Both the position numbers and the translations under genes were made by a program. 56,894 nucleotides of DNA. Source: an uncultured bacterium. Lineage in GTDB: Bacteria; CSSED10-310; CAZUFC01. The notes beneath the pieces are model-generated. The model searched no databases. It was given only the letters and a program-made list of their open reading frames with translations, and was not told the DNA's origin. The stretch lies in the NCBI GenBank assembly GCA_964619725.1, contig CAZUFC010000048.1, forward strand, positions 1 through 56,894. The letters are read 5' to 3'. Of this stretch, positions 28,378-38,745 are shown one piece after another (the first letter of the stretch is position 1; each line of letters starts with the position of its first letter).

Positions 28378-30168
28378 CTACTGATAAATCTTTTCGATTT
28401 GATCCTCATAGTGCTTCTGAATGTTCTTCCGCATGAGTTTCAGCGTAGGGGTCAGCTCTTTGTTTTCTTGAGTCCACTCTTTGGGAACCAGAACGAACTT
28501 TTTGACTTTCTCATATTTGGGCAGGTCTTTCATGAGTTCATCCATCTGGGACTGATAAAGTTTGAGGACTTCGGGATGCTCTACCAGTTTTTCTCTGTTC
28601 GACGCGGCGATATTATTTTTAGCTGCCCATTCTTCGAGATAGTCAAAATTGGGAACGATTAAAGCGCCCACGAATTTTTTCTTATCGCCGACGCACATAA
28701 CCTGTGAAACTAATTGGCTGGATTTGAGTAAATTTTCGATGGGCTGTGGTGCGACGTTTTTTCCTCCCGAAGTGACTATCAGCTCCTTTTTCCGGTCGGT
28801 GATGGTTAAAAATCCGTCTTTAATAAATCCGATATCGCCCGTTTTGAACCAGCCGTCTTCCGTAAAAGCTTCCTTTGTCGATTGTTCATCCTTGAAATAA
28901 CCCTTCATCACATTTGGACCTTTAATCAAAATTTCACCGTCATCCAGAATTTTTATCTCCACGCCCGGCAACGCAGGTCCAACGGTACCGAAACGAATAT
29001 CATCCAACCTGTTGACGTTCGTCACAGGAGAAGTTTCCGTTAAACCGTATCCTTCCACTATCGTGATTCCCATTGCACCGAAAAATTCAGCTATCCGTCT
29101 TTCCAGAGGTGCGCCCCCCGACACCGAGAATCGCAAGTTGCCCCCTAACTTCTGTTTCACTTTGCTGAAGACGAGTTTATCCGCTAACATAAAGGCTGCT
29201 TCGTTAAAAATTTCCGATCTGCCTTCACTCTTTAACTTCAACCGCTTCTTGCCCACACCCAGCGCCCACTCAAACAAATTGCGCTTCAACGCGGCTTCCG
29301 ATTCTATGTTTTCCAGTACCTTTGAATACATTTTCTCGTAGATGCGAGGAACGCTCACAATGATCGTAGGCGCTATCTCCTGCAGATTCTGGGGCACTGC
29401 AGCGATACTCTCTGCATAACATATAGTCGACCCTACCGATATGGTCGTGTAATATCCCGCCATCCTCTCAAAAACATGACTCAACGGAAGAAACGATAGA
29501 AAAGTATCCTCACTCGTTATTTTTAAAACCTGAAGAGCGGCGTGGACATTAGACATGAAATTTTTGTGGGTCAGCATGACGCCTTTCGGTATTCCCGTAG
29601 TCCCGGAAGTGTAAACTATGCTGGCAAGATCATCTTCATCAATCGCATTCATACTTTTTTTCAAATCGCCTGATTTCTTTCCTCGGTTCTTTTTCCCACT
29701 CTCAATAATCTCATCAAGCATTAAAACGCCTTCTGATTTCAAGGAATCATCATAAGAGTCGGAAACGATGATATATTTTAAATGAGGCAAATCAGCCCGT
29801 ACTTCAAGAATTTTTTTGAGTTGATCTTCATTTTCCACAAAAATAAGCGCAGCCTCGCAGTGATTTAATATATATCTTATTTGCATCGGTTCCAGGGTCG
29901 GATAAACGGGAACAGACGATCCGCCCAAACATAAAATGGAAATGTCGGCTATAACCCACTCGGGACGATTCTCTGATAATATAGCGGCTTTGTCTCCCCT
30001 TTTAATTCCTTTTTCCTTCAATCCTAAAGCCGCATTTTCCACCTGCTCTCCCCATTGCTTGTAGCTTGTCGCGCGCCACTCCCCGTCAACTTTATACTTC
30101 GTCGCCGTCCGTTCCCCATATTTTTCCACCGACTCAAAAAACATCTGAGGTATGATATTGGTCGCCAT
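28378..30168 (-). CDS. Long-chain fatty acid--CoA ligase
   Basis: YTSGTTGIPKG, EGYGLTET, GWFKTGDIG, ELTPTLK. Confidence 0.93.
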   Translation of the reverse strand: MATNIIPQMFFESVEKYGERTATKYKVDGEWRATSYKQWGEQVENAALGLKEKGIKRGDKAAILSENRPEWVIADISILCLGGSSVPVYPTLEPMQIRYILNHCEAALIFVENEDQLKKILEVRADLPHLKYIIVSDSYDDSLKSEGVLMLDEIIESGKKNRGKKSGDLKKSMNAIDEDDLASIVYTSGTTGIPKGVMLTHKNFMSNVHAALQVLKITSEDTFLSFLPLSHVFERMAGYYTTISVGSTICYAESIAAVPQNLQEIAPTIIVSVPRIYEKMYSKVLENIESEAALKRNLFEWALGVGKKRLKLKSEGRSEIFNEAAFMLADKLVFSKVKQKLGGNLRFSVSGGAPLERRIAEFFGAMGITIVEGYGLTETSPVTNVNRLDDIRFGTVGPALPGVEIKILDDGEILIKGPNVMKGYFKDEQSTKEAFTEDGWFKTGDIGFIKDGFLTITDRKKELIVTSGGKNVAPQPIENLLKSSQLVSQVMCVGDKKKFVGALIVPNFDYLEEWAAKNNIAASNREKLVEHPEVLKLYQSQMDELMKDLPKYEKVKKFVLVPKEWTQENKELTPTLKLMRKNIQKHYEDQIEKIYQ

Positions 30169-30329
30169 TTTGTTTTCTCCTTTTCCTCCTTCTTATTTCT
30201 CCTGAACCCTTTTATGAACGAAAGAGTTTCCTTCTTTCACTGCCGTCAGAGACGTTCTTTTTGCAGCCTTGATCCTACCGCTCAAATTACAGAAATTGAA
30301 TCGCCTGTTCAAAAGATTGCTGCTGAATT

Positions 30330-30358
30330 ATTCTATTTTTTTCTCTTTATTTTGTCAA
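30330..30358 (-). promoter_or_regulatory. sigma70 promoter of acyl-CoA ligase
   Basis: TTGACA-N17-TAGAAT. Confidence 0.72.
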
Positions 30359-30514
30359 TCGTTATCATAACGTCTAGAACAGGCTATGAAAAACGCCGAC
30401 GTCCCAAACATCTGATCAATGTGGGTCCGCAAAAAAGCAGCTTGACCTTTAACGCCTGAATGAGCTATTTCTTATTGACGCCACCGACGAGTATTTATTA
30501 AAAGGCTGGATCCA

Positions 30515-33500
30515 ATGTCGTTCTTTCCGCTAATCAGTTCAATCTCCAATCTTTTGATCCTCTTTCTCTTCTGCAGCGGCGCCCCCTTCCTGCCGGCCGT
30601 TTGCTTCGCCCTGAGCCTCCTGCCCTGGATCATCTGGAAGTTTAAAAAGGCAGAGATCTCTCTCATGTCCATACTTCCGATTTCATCGCTTCAGGCCGCC
30701 TATCTCGGTATAATTTGCATCGCTGCCGAACCGCCTGCGTCCATTATCGAGAGACCCGATTTGACGATTCTTAAAGCCGCATCCCTCCTCTGCCTCCTGG
30801 CCGCTCCTCTTCTGTTTCAATATCAAACATGGATGAACATCGCTCTCCTCCTACCCTTTTCTCCTCTATTCCATCGCGAAATTGCAAATTTCTGGTTCTT
30901 GCCCGCTCTGAGCCTTATAGCGCTGCTCTCCGCAGAAAATGTGCGACATAAAACGCTCGATCTGCTAAAGCGAAATTCTGCGGGTTTCCTTTTACTCCTC
31001 TTTATATCTGCCCTTACGATTTCCATTATCCTTTCTCCTGTACCTCAGACGGCATTTGAACAATCACTCAAATTTTTTTGCCTTATCCTTTTTTTCATCA
31101 ACATAGCCGTTAAACCGAACTCCAAAAAATATAATTTATTCATAACCAGTTGTGTTCTTTTCGCTTTATTTTCTATGGGAACTTTCGCCAAACTGCTCAG
31201 ACAAATCGAAATACTCGGTTTCATTAACGGAATCAATTTAAGACTCTGGTTCGCAGGAATGCATTATAACGTAGTCGCAATGCAGATGCTCCTGTTTTTT
31301 CCGGGTTTGATCTATCTGGCCGGGAAAAAAAATAAATTTTACCTGCGAATGACGGCTATTCCGGCTCTTTTTTTCGCTTCCTTCACAATATTGGGCACGT
31401 TCAGTAAAGCTGCGATCCTTTTGTTCTTCTCTCAATTGATTACGCTCTCTTTTATCCTGTTCCGAAAAGGCAAAAAGGAAGCATCCCGGCATTATGCAGG
31501 ACCGGCAGTTGTTACGATGATTCTCATAATCGCATCTGCCGCCGTCTTTGTATCGCCTCAACTTCGCCATGCCGTCGAAGAACGCATATTTCAATCGTCA
31601 AGTTATTATCCCCGATTGTATATCTGGAAAATCGCCGGTCGCATGGCGCTCGATTATCCTTTTTTCGGAACAGGCCTATTCGCTTTCCAGAATCAAAAAT
31701 CTTACGCCCCGCCCTATGATTGCTCGGTATGTCTCGATGTGAAAACTCTCCTGTCTTCCCACCTGCAAACGCATGCTCACAATATCTATCTTGAAATGCT
31801 TCGCTCCATCGGCATAGTAGGCTGCAGCCTTCTTATTCTTGTTGTGATCGCATTTTTTAAAAAAGAAAAACACAGTAAAACGGCTTTTATTAGATTGAAA
31901 TTTTACTGTGCGGCCGGATTAATTTCGCTCGCAATCTACGGCTTGATTGATCACCCCTTGACCGATATGTCCCTCGCAGCACAAATCTTTCTCTTTTCAG
32001 CCCTGATGGTACCGGAATTAAGCAGCCGCATGACAACTTACAGAAATCCTTTTCTTCGCAAAATTAATACGTGGAGCGCCGGTCTTTTCTGTCGACTTCT
32101 CCTTCCTCTTCTATGCTTCCTCTTTATCGTCACTGGAGTCGCCCAGGCGCTTCAATCCTTTCATGATGAAATCATTCGGAAAAACGCCGGTCGACTATCT
32201 CATACGCAAATTGAACGTCTTATAAAACTCAACCGCGTTTTGTCCGGCTTCAAACCTCTTTCTTCCGATCCCCTGATGAATTTAGCTCAGAATTTTGAAC
32301 GAATCCACCGCTTCAAAATCGCCGCCTACTATTGGAAAAAAGCTTCTGAACTGAATCTCGCAGACCCATTCATTCCCCTCCGCCAGGGCATGAATTCTAT
32401 GGCCAGAAGTCGCTTCGCCGAAGCAGAAACGTATTTCAATGAAGCTTTTTATCGGGACCCCAGGTCGATCGAATGCCGAAACAGCCTGCTTTTTTCCGCC
32501 TATGCACTCACAGCCCAGGAAAAAACGCACGAAGCCTTCTCGACTTTGAAAAAAAGCTTATATGAAAATCCATCGCAGATCGTTAACGCTCTCTGGCTTG
32601 AAACATACGATTCGATACACAGAAATAATGCCCTCTTGTTCCCCTCTGAACCGGTTTCAATCGCAGAAATGTTCGTAACTTTTTGCGGCGAAAACAAAGA
32701 ACAATTTGAAAACAAATATGCAAGAACGAAAAAGTTGTTCAAGGTCCCTCCTGAATTCGAAGCTTCTTTTCTCCTGAATCGAAATGCTCTCATGTGTGAT
32801 ATAAAAAATGAAATGCTTTCCCTCGATAAAGTCGACGAAAAGCTCTCCTGCAAAATGTTGAACGCCGGAAGAGTTTTCGCATTCACCGGCAGGATTGAAG
32901 AATCGAGAAGCCTGTTTGAATTGTACTTCAAATTTTTTCCTTATTCGGCTGAAGGGCGGCGAGAATTGGTTGAATTGGACCTCATGGAAGGCAATTATGA
33001 GTCGATTGAGAGAATGGCCGAAGAGAATCGGCTTTATCATTATCTTGTCGATCATTATCTTGATTTAAATGAATATGATAAGGCTTTGTCTGCATTTGAA
33101 AAGAGTCTTGGAGCGAACCTTAATCTTTCCGGCCGATTCTACGAAGAATTTCTCGAAGCAGACGATGAAATTTATTTGGACAAACTCTGGCAATTATTAA
33201 AAATCGACCGGTATCTCTATCCCGACGTAAAGAATTATGCGGCCACCGCTAAAGTCGAGTTGTTGAAAAGCAATGTGAACAAATCGAAACATTTCTATTC
33301 CAAAGCCGTCAGTTATCTGAAATTCAAAATGGACCGTCAACTCGGGCAGTTGGACGATTTCGAAGATTTCTCGCTTGTCGGCGAATTGATGAGGGATATT
33401 TATGAGGAGCTGCCGGAAGGTCGCGAAAAACTTTTTAATGAATTGGATCGCCTGTCGTTAGAACATGAAACGCTAATCAGGGCATTTTTTCTGCAAAATT

Positions 33501-34333
33501 CGGACGATCCGGTTAAAGCGATGCAAATGTTGCTGAATGTTAATGAAGAAGGAAATGCCGGACCTTCCGTTGCGCTCCTGACTGTTCTGCAGCTCCTGCA
33601 AAACGAACGACTCGAAACTGCCGAAAAATACCTGGAATCATTACTCGAGAGATATTATTCGCCTTCCCTGGCTGCGAAGTTGTCTTTTGTAAAAGTTCGC
33701 CTGAATAAAATCGATGAAGCTTTTCAACTTTTTAAAACCACGCTGCATGTTCCCGACGGAATGAAACATCCTTCCCCCCTGCTCTGGTTCGCGTTTCTTA
33801 AAGAGGCTGCGAATGAAGGTGATCGAAGCGCGGCACGGAGGATACTTAACCGGTTGTCCGACCAGACCATTAAAGACGAAAGACTGCTGAAACAGATCAT
33901 TGACATTTCCGATCAGCTCGAAGCCTGGGATATCAGTGAGGAACTGATCACAAAGGCGGAATCCTCTCTGCAAAACTCAGAAACCGTGATATTGGCGGAA
34001 GCCCGCAACTATCTGCGTAAAGGCCGGTTTGATCTGGCTGCTGACAAGTATAAACAGTTGCTTGATTTCAATGAATTTTTCACTGAATCATACATTCAAT
34101 TGGCGTTGATCGAAAAAGCAAATGGAAATATCCCTCAGGCGCTGTCATATCTTGAAGAGGCTGAAGCTAAACTCGGAGAGAATGCCGACGTGTTCTACTG
34201 CCGGGCTCTTATTTATGAATCCGTTAAAGATTATGACGCGGCGATTGCCAATTATCGAAGGGCATTAAAGAAAAATCCCAGAAGACTCGATATCCGGGAT
34301 GCATACGATCAACTCTCGGAGGCGCTCGATTAA
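30515..34333 (+). CDS. O-antigen ligase/O-oligosaccharyltransferase-like membrane protein fused to a long TPR region
   Basis: TM-rich N-terminal ~540 aa with TFSKAA, RLYIWK, PFFGTG, HAHNIYLE (Wzy_C-type); ~700 aa C-terminal TPR/helical region. Confidence 0.8.
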   Translation: MSFFPLISSISNLLILFLFCSGAPFLPAVCFALSLLPWIIWKFKKAEISLMSILPISSLQAAYLGIICIAAEPPASIIERPDLTILKAASLLCLLAAPLLFQYQTWMNIALLLPFSPLFHREIANFWFLPALSLIALLSAENVRHKTLDLLKRNSAGFLLLLFISALTISIILSPVPQTAFEQSLKFFCLILFFINIAVKPNSKKYNLFITSCVLFALFSMGTFAKLLRQIEILGFINGINLRLWFAGMHYNVVAMQMLLFFPGLIYLAGKKNKFYLRMTAIPALFFASFTILGTFSKAAILLFFSQLITLSFILFRKGKKEASRHYAGPAVVTMILIIASAAVFVSPQLRHAVEERIFQSSSYYPRLYIWKIAGRMALDYPFFGTGLFAFQNQKSYAPPYDCSVCLDVKTLLSSHLQTHAHNIYLEMLRSIGIVGCSLLILVVIAFFKKEKHSKTAFIRLKFYCAAGLISLAIYGLIDHPLTDMSLAAQIFLFSALMVPELSSRMTTYRNPFLRKINTWSAGLFCRLLLPLLCFLFIVTGVAQALQSFHDEIIRKNAGRLSHTQIERLIKLNRVLSGFKPLSSDPLMNLAQNFERIHRFKIAAYYWKKASELNLADPFIPLRQGMNSMARSRFAEAETYFNEAFYRDPRSIECRNSLLFSAYALTAQEKTHEAFSTLKKSLYENPSQIVNALWLETYDSIHRNNALLFPSEPVSIAEMFVTFCGENKEQFENKYARTKKLFKVPPEFEASFLLNRNALMCDIKNEMLSLDKVDEKLSCKMLNAGRVFAFTGRIEESRSLFELYFKFFPYSAEGRRELVELDLMEGNYESIERMAEENRLYHYLVDHYLDLNEYDKALSAFEKSLGANLNLSGRFYEEFLEADDEIYLDKLWQLLKIDRYLYPDVKNYAATAKVELLKSNVNKSKHFYSKAVSYLKFKMDRQLGQLDDFEDFSLVGELMRDIYEELPEGREKLFNELDRLSLEHETLIRAFFLQNSDDPVKAMQMLLNVNEEGNAGPSVALLTVLQLLQNERLETAEKYLESLLERYYSPSLAAKLSFVKVRLNKIDEAFQLFKTTLHVPDGMKHPSPLLWFAFLKEAANEGDRSAARRILNRLSDQTIKDERLLKQIIDISDQLEAWDISEELITKAESSLQNSETVILAEARNYLRKGRFDLAADKYKQLLDFNEFFTESYIQLALIEKANGNIPQALSYLEEAEAKLGENADVFYCRALIYESVKDYDAAIANYRRALKKNPRRLDIRDAYDQLSEALD

Positions 34334-35097
34334 TCGCAGGCCTTCCTTCTCCCGTCTTTTAACTTGCCGCGATGATAAAACAACACCCTCAGATTGTCCC
34401 TCGTATCTCTTACCGGTCGTAACTTCTTTCCCTGATGAAAAGTGCGGGAAAAATATGAAACAGGCGTTTCTATTATTTTCCTTCCGTTTAAGTAAGCCGT
34501 CAGAAGCATATCCAGGTCCCAGCCGAATCCGTCCGTGCCCGTCGGCAACTCATGCAATATTTTTTTCGTCCAGCAACGGTGCATGCAAAACGGGTCTCTG
34601 AACTTTGTTCGAGACACCATTCTGATCAAGCGTTCCAGAATGAAAGTCCCCAAATCAAAAAAAACAGCAGCCGGCCACTCCGGCAGCCGTGGATTCCGCC
34701 TCATGCCGAATCTTTTCCTTCTCCGAAATCCCAGTCCTATGTCCGCTTTTCCCCGGATAACCGGACGCGCCACCCGAAAAATATCGGCCGCCTTGTATTC
34801 CAGGTCTGCATCAAAAACAGCCATGCATTTGCCCGAAGCCTCTACAACCCCCTCCATCACTGCTCCGCCTTTACCGGCGCTCCGCTGATGGATCAGCTTG
34901 TCGATCTTGCCCGCTTGCAGCATTCTTTCCAAAGTCTCTCGAGAACCGTCGGTGGAGCCTCCATCAACAGCGATGATTTCTACATCCAATCCCGAAGGCT
35001 TGTCTCTATGCACCGACAAAACGCTTTTTTCAACCGTATCCGCTTCATCCAAAACCGGAATAATTACTGTGATGTCCTTATCATTCTTCATACGCAC
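34330..35097 (-). CDS. Glycosyltransferase family 2 (polyprenol-phosphate glycosyltransferase-like)
   Basis: VIIPVLDE, VDGGSTDG, GKGGAV, DADLEY, R..QGKK. Confidence 0.9.
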   Translation of the reverse strand: MRMKNDKDITVIIPVLDEADTVEKSVLSVHRDKPSGLDVEIIAVDGGSTDGSRETLERMLQAGKIDKLIHQRSAGKGGAVMEGVVEASGKCMAVFDADLEYKAADIFRVARPVIRGKADIGLGFRRRKRFGMRRNPRLPEWPAAVFFDLGTFILERLIRMVSRTKFRDPFCMHRCWTKKILHELPTGTDGFGWDLDMLLTAYLNGRKIIETPVSYFSRTFHQGKKLRPVRDTRDNLRVLFYHRGKLKDGRRKACD

Positions 35098-35308
35098 TCT
35101 TCCGTTCCGACAAAAAATATGAGGAACCGGCTCCTGTTCGTTTTTTATATTACTTTGCAGGCCAGGTCAAGACTGCAATTCACAAGTTTCAAAATTCACA
35201 TCTACAGAAGAAATGAAATCGGCAAAACAGCAAAAGTTCAGAAAACTTCGAGGAAATTTTCATATCAGGGAAGGAGCAGCCATCTGTCAAACAGCAAACG
35301 GCATCCAT

Positions 35309-35488
35309 TCATTCTTCGTATTCTATCGTAGAAAGATTATCGCTGCAAGCGCCGCAGTCGGTTTTTCTGAATGTGCAGTTTTTACAGGCTTGTTTTTTTC
35401 TTTTCAGTTCTTTTCTTTTATGCAGAATCAGCCATACCAGGAGGAGAACAAATACGAGTATCGCCGCCAGGTTGTAAATTATGCTCAT
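35309..35488 (-). CDS. FeoB-associated Cys-rich small membrane protein (59 aa)
   Basis: Manual translation MSIIYNLAAILVFVLLLVWLILHKRKELKRKKQACKNCTFRKTDCGACSDNLSTIEYEE; TM + basic + two CxxC; 60 nt after feoB stop; below ORF-track cutoff. Confidence 0.82.
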   Translation of the reverse strand: MSIIYNLAAILVFVLLLVWLILHKRKELKRKKQACKNCTFRKTDCGACSDNLSTIEYEE

Positions 35489-35548
35489 TTTCCAATAATC
35501 CCAAAGCAGAACTGAGAATAAAAAGGTAATAACACCGATTTACTGATA

Positions 35549-37732
35549 TCAGGCTCCATATCCCAATAACACTCCTCCCTGGTACACAACCAGCGCCAGC
35601 AGATAGGCGGTTAAAAGACCGTACCCCACGGTGAAGAGGCTCCATTTCCATGATTTCATTTCCCTGAAGATAGTGGCCAGCGTAGCCAGGCAGGGCAGAT
35701 AAAAAAGGCTGAAAATTATAAATGACAATGCTTGCAGCGTACTCCAGTTCCGTCTCAGCCGTCCCTGCAGGTCAGCGCTGAAGTCCGCATCCGTATTGTC
35801 CTCAGTCTGCTCAACTAGAGTTCCTTCATTTTCAGGTCCATATAAAACCCCCAGGCTCGACACGACAATTTCTTTCGCTACAAAACCGAAAAGCAGAGCC
35901 ACGGTCGGTTTCCACTCTAAGCCGATCGGTTTCATCACAGGCGCCAGCGTTTGTCCGATTTTTCCCGCATAACTTTGCTGACTGTTGGGTTCTACTCCCC
36001 AGGGAAAATAACCCAATATCCAGATCATGACGACGCCTGCCAGAATCACGGTCCCGACCTTTTTTAAAAATATCCATGAGCGATCCCAGGTCCTTATGAA
36101 CATCCCTTTTAACGTCGGTAATCGATACGGCGGCAATTCCATCACGAAAGGAGCCGATCCTTTTTTGAAAAACATGGACTTAATGATCAAAGACGAAAAA
36201 ATGGCCACGGCTACTCCCAGCATTACAATCGAAAATACTACGGTACCGGCGTAATTATGCGGAAAAAAAGCGCCGGCCATAAGTATCCAGATCGGCATCC
36301 TGGCTCCGCAACTGATAAATGGATTCACTACAATGGTCAGTATTCTGTCGCTTTTGTTCTCCAAAGTTCTGGCCGCCATAATCGCCGGCACATTGCAGCC
36401 GAAACCAATGAGTATTGGAATGAAGGATTTGCCGTGTAATCCGATCTTGTGCATAAAGCGATCCATCACGAACGCTATCCTGGCCATGTAACCAGTATCT
36501 TCCAGAAACGCTATGCCTAAAAATAAAAGCATTATATTAGGCAAAAACGCCAGAAGCGAACCAATGCCGCCCAATAATCCTTGTACCACAAACCCCTGCA
36601 GCCAGACCGGCCCGACCCTCAATATCGGGCCCAATCCATTACCTAATACTCCTATAAAATATTCTATGCCCTTTGCGAAAGGCTCTCCGGCCGTAAAAGT
36701 AAACTGAAAAAGCAGCCACATTACCGCCAGCAACATGGGAAAACCGAAAAAACGATTCAGAAGAATATTATCGATTCTCTCCGTCATTTCCACTCTGTCT
36801 TTCAAAGCAAACTGAACGCATTCCCTGATCAGTCCTTCAACTATTCCGTATCGCCGCTGGACTATAAGCAAATCAGACTTCTCGCCCGTGGCCGTTTCCA
36901 GAAATCGAGCCTCCGATTCCGACAGATCGAGTATCGTCTCCCTGTCGCCCGTTATATTGTATTGTTCAAATATCGAATGATCACCCTCCAGAAGCTTTAT
37001 CGCTATCCACTTCGCCGTTATCGAGTCGGGAAAAGTCAAATGCCTGACTATATCCGGCGCCAACCGCCCTATCGCTTCATCCACAAATCGGCCATATCTG
37101 ATCTCCAACCTCTCGACGGGCATTGTCGCCCTTTCCCCGATCGCCTTCTTCAGCTCCTCGCTGCCCTTTGCGCGGTTCCCCACCGTCAATATCACAGGAC
37201 ATCTCAAAAGCCGGCTTAACTGCTCCGCATCAATCCTATCTCCCTTCGCCTCAACTTCGTCAGCCATGTTTAACGCTATTACCAGCGGACATCCGATCTC
37301 CAACAATTGCACCGTCAAATATAAATTCCGCTTCAAATTCGATGCATCAACCACGTCTACCACCACATCAGGCCTCTTCTTCAGCAAATATTCTCCCGCT
37401 ATCCGCTCATCTATGCTCACCGTACTTAAACCGTAAATTCCAGGTAAATCTACGAATGAAGCCCTCTCTCCGTTTATCTCTCCCGTTCCCGTCTTGCTCT
37501 CAACCGTTACTCCCGGCCAATTGCCCACCTTCTGTCGCGCTCCTGTCAAATTGTTGAATATAGTCGTCTTTCCTGAATTGGGATTCCCCGCAAGCGCTAC
37601 CGTATACTTCACTTCCTCCGATCGCCTGTAAGGCTCCGAAGCTTCGACTCCGCCTCGCCTTCGCCTCAGTCGCTTGCGTAATCCCCGCAATCCGGCTTCC
37701 CGGTCCCCATTGTCCTTGTTCTGATATTTCAT
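35549..37732 (-). CDS. feoB: Ferrous iron transporter B
   Basis: GNPNSGKT, VGNWPGVTVE, DLPGIY, NMAD, GFGCNVPA, CGARMP, LPPYRLP. Confidence 0.97.
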   Translation of the reverse strand: MKYQNKDNGDREAGLRGLRKRLRRRRGGVEASEPYRRSEEVKYTVALAGNPNSGKTTIFNNLTGARQKVGNWPGVTVESKTGTGEINGERASFVDLPGIYGLSTVSIDERIAGEYLLKKRPDVVVDVVDASNLKRNLYLTVQLLEIGCPLVIALNMADEVEAKGDRIDAEQLSRLLRCPVILTVGNRAKGSEELKKAIGERATMPVERLEIRYGRFVDEAIGRLAPDIVRHLTFPDSITAKWIAIKLLEGDHSIFEQYNITGDRETILDLSESEARFLETATGEKSDLLIVQRRYGIVEGLIRECVQFALKDRVEMTERIDNILLNRFFGFPMLLAVMWLLFQFTFTAGEPFAKGIEYFIGVLGNGLGPILRVGPVWLQGFVVQGLLGGIGSLLAFLPNIMLLFLGIAFLEDTGYMARIAFVMDRFMHKIGLHGKSFIPILIGFGCNVPAIMAARTLENKSDRILTIVVNPFISCGARMPIWILMAGAFFPHNYAGTVVFSIVMLGVAVAIFSSLIIKSMFFKKGSAPFVMELPPYRLPTLKGMFIRTWDRSWIFLKKVGTVILAGVVMIWILGYFPWGVEPNSQQSYAGKIGQTLAPVMKPIGLEWKPTVALLFGFVAKEIVVSSLGVLYGPENEGTLVEQTEDNTDADFSADLQGRLRRNWSTLQALSFIIFSLFYLPCLATLATIFREMKSWKWSLFTVGYGLLTAYLLALVVYQGGVLLGYGA

Positions 37733-38499
37733 CCGCTTCCCAGCTTCTTTACCAATATCGTACCTGCCTCCTCCTTACGGAGACTCAACCGGTAACCCAA
37801 CAAACCCAGTTCAATCGGATCCCCCAGCGGCGCCGTCCTTATTACATCCACCTCCGATCCAGGCACCATACCTAAATCAATTAATCGCTGCCGTAATTCG
37901 CTGTCCGTTCGAAGTTGTATGATTTTGCCTCGCTCGCCGGGCTTTAGTTCCGATAGATATTGGATGCCCTCCATGCTCTCTAAACAGTCACGCTCCGTTT
38001 CACACGCTTCCAATACATGACAGTCCTTCGCTCCACCCATTAAAGCACAAAAATTCTTGAACCTCTTCAGAAGCTCCTGGCCGCCCTCCGGACATGTATG
38101 AATAAATTCCAAAAATCCCACCAGCTTGTCGATCGTTTTTATCCCTAAATGATGCTCTATCGCACATGCCTCCCGCTCAGAAGTCTCCCGGTCCAAATCC
38201 AATATCTCTATAAAAAAATTCGTTATTATCTTATGCCGTTGAAATATTCGGCGCGCTAATCGCTCTCCCGTGCTCGTCATCTCTACAGTCTCGTGAGCCT
38301 TATAATTGATCAATCCCGCCTTGTTGAGTCTCTTCAATGCTGCAACTACACTCGCAGGCATCACGTCAAGATGCTCGGCGATATCCTTGATGCGGGGAAC
38401 CCCCTTCTCCTCGCGCAGCCTGTATATCGCCTCAAGATAATCTTCCTGACTGGAACTGAGTATCCCGACCTGCATATCCTTCTTTTCCTCTTTCCCCAT
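37729..38499 (-). CDS. DtxR/MntR family metal-dependent repressor with C-terminal FeoA domain
   Basis: EDYLEAIY, RH..TNFF, EACAIEH, Cys-rich linker, FeoA motif RLIDLGMVPG..APLGDP..LSLRKEEA; start at 38499 with GGAGGG RBS. Confidence 0.92.
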   Translation of the reverse strand: MGKEEKKDMQVGILSSSQEDYLEAIYRLREEKGVPRIKDIAEHLDVMPASVVAALKRLNKAGLINYKAHETVEMTSTGERLARRIFQRHKIITNFFIEILDLDRETSEREACAIEHHLGIKTIDKLVGFLEFIHTCPEGGQELLKRFKNFCALMGGAKDCHVLEACETERDCLESMEGIQYLSELKPGERGKIIQLRTDSELRQRLIDLGMVPGSEVDVIRTAPLGDPIELGLLGYRLSLRKEEAGTILVKKLGSG

Positions 38500-38527
38500 A
38501 GCGCGCCCTCCGTTCATGTCGGGCTAA

Positions 38528-38558
38528 TTAATTTAGGCGCGACTAATTTAAATGTCAA
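38528..38558 (-). promoter_or_regulatory. DtxR-type operator palindrome overlapping the feo operon promoter
   Basis: TTAATTTAG-GCGCGA-CTAATTTAA (38528-38551) overlaps TTGACA(38553-58)-N17-TAAATT(38530-35). Confidence 0.75.
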
Positions 38559-38590
38559 GTCGCCTCAACTTTAATCTTAACGCGTGACCC

Positions 38591-38636
38591 GCGTCTTCAT
38601 CGCTTGCATGTGTCTGCACGCCGGCGATGAAGACGC
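38591..38636. repeat. Perfect 13-bp inverted repeat (possible terminator or RNA hairpin)
   Basis: GCGTCTTCATCGC-N20-GCGATGAAGACGC. Confidence 0.7.
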
Positions 38637-38745
38637 TGATGTCCGGCGGAACAACCTTAATCATTATCCGGGCGAATCCCGCTAATAGAGAATAAGCCTC
38701 GATGCGGTTTTGGCGGACAAAGACCGTTTCTTTAATGATTTATAA

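Noticed and set aside
34552-35515. + strand ORFs 34552-35331 and 35213-35515
   Set aside because: Antisense to the GT2 and the FeoB-associated microprotein.
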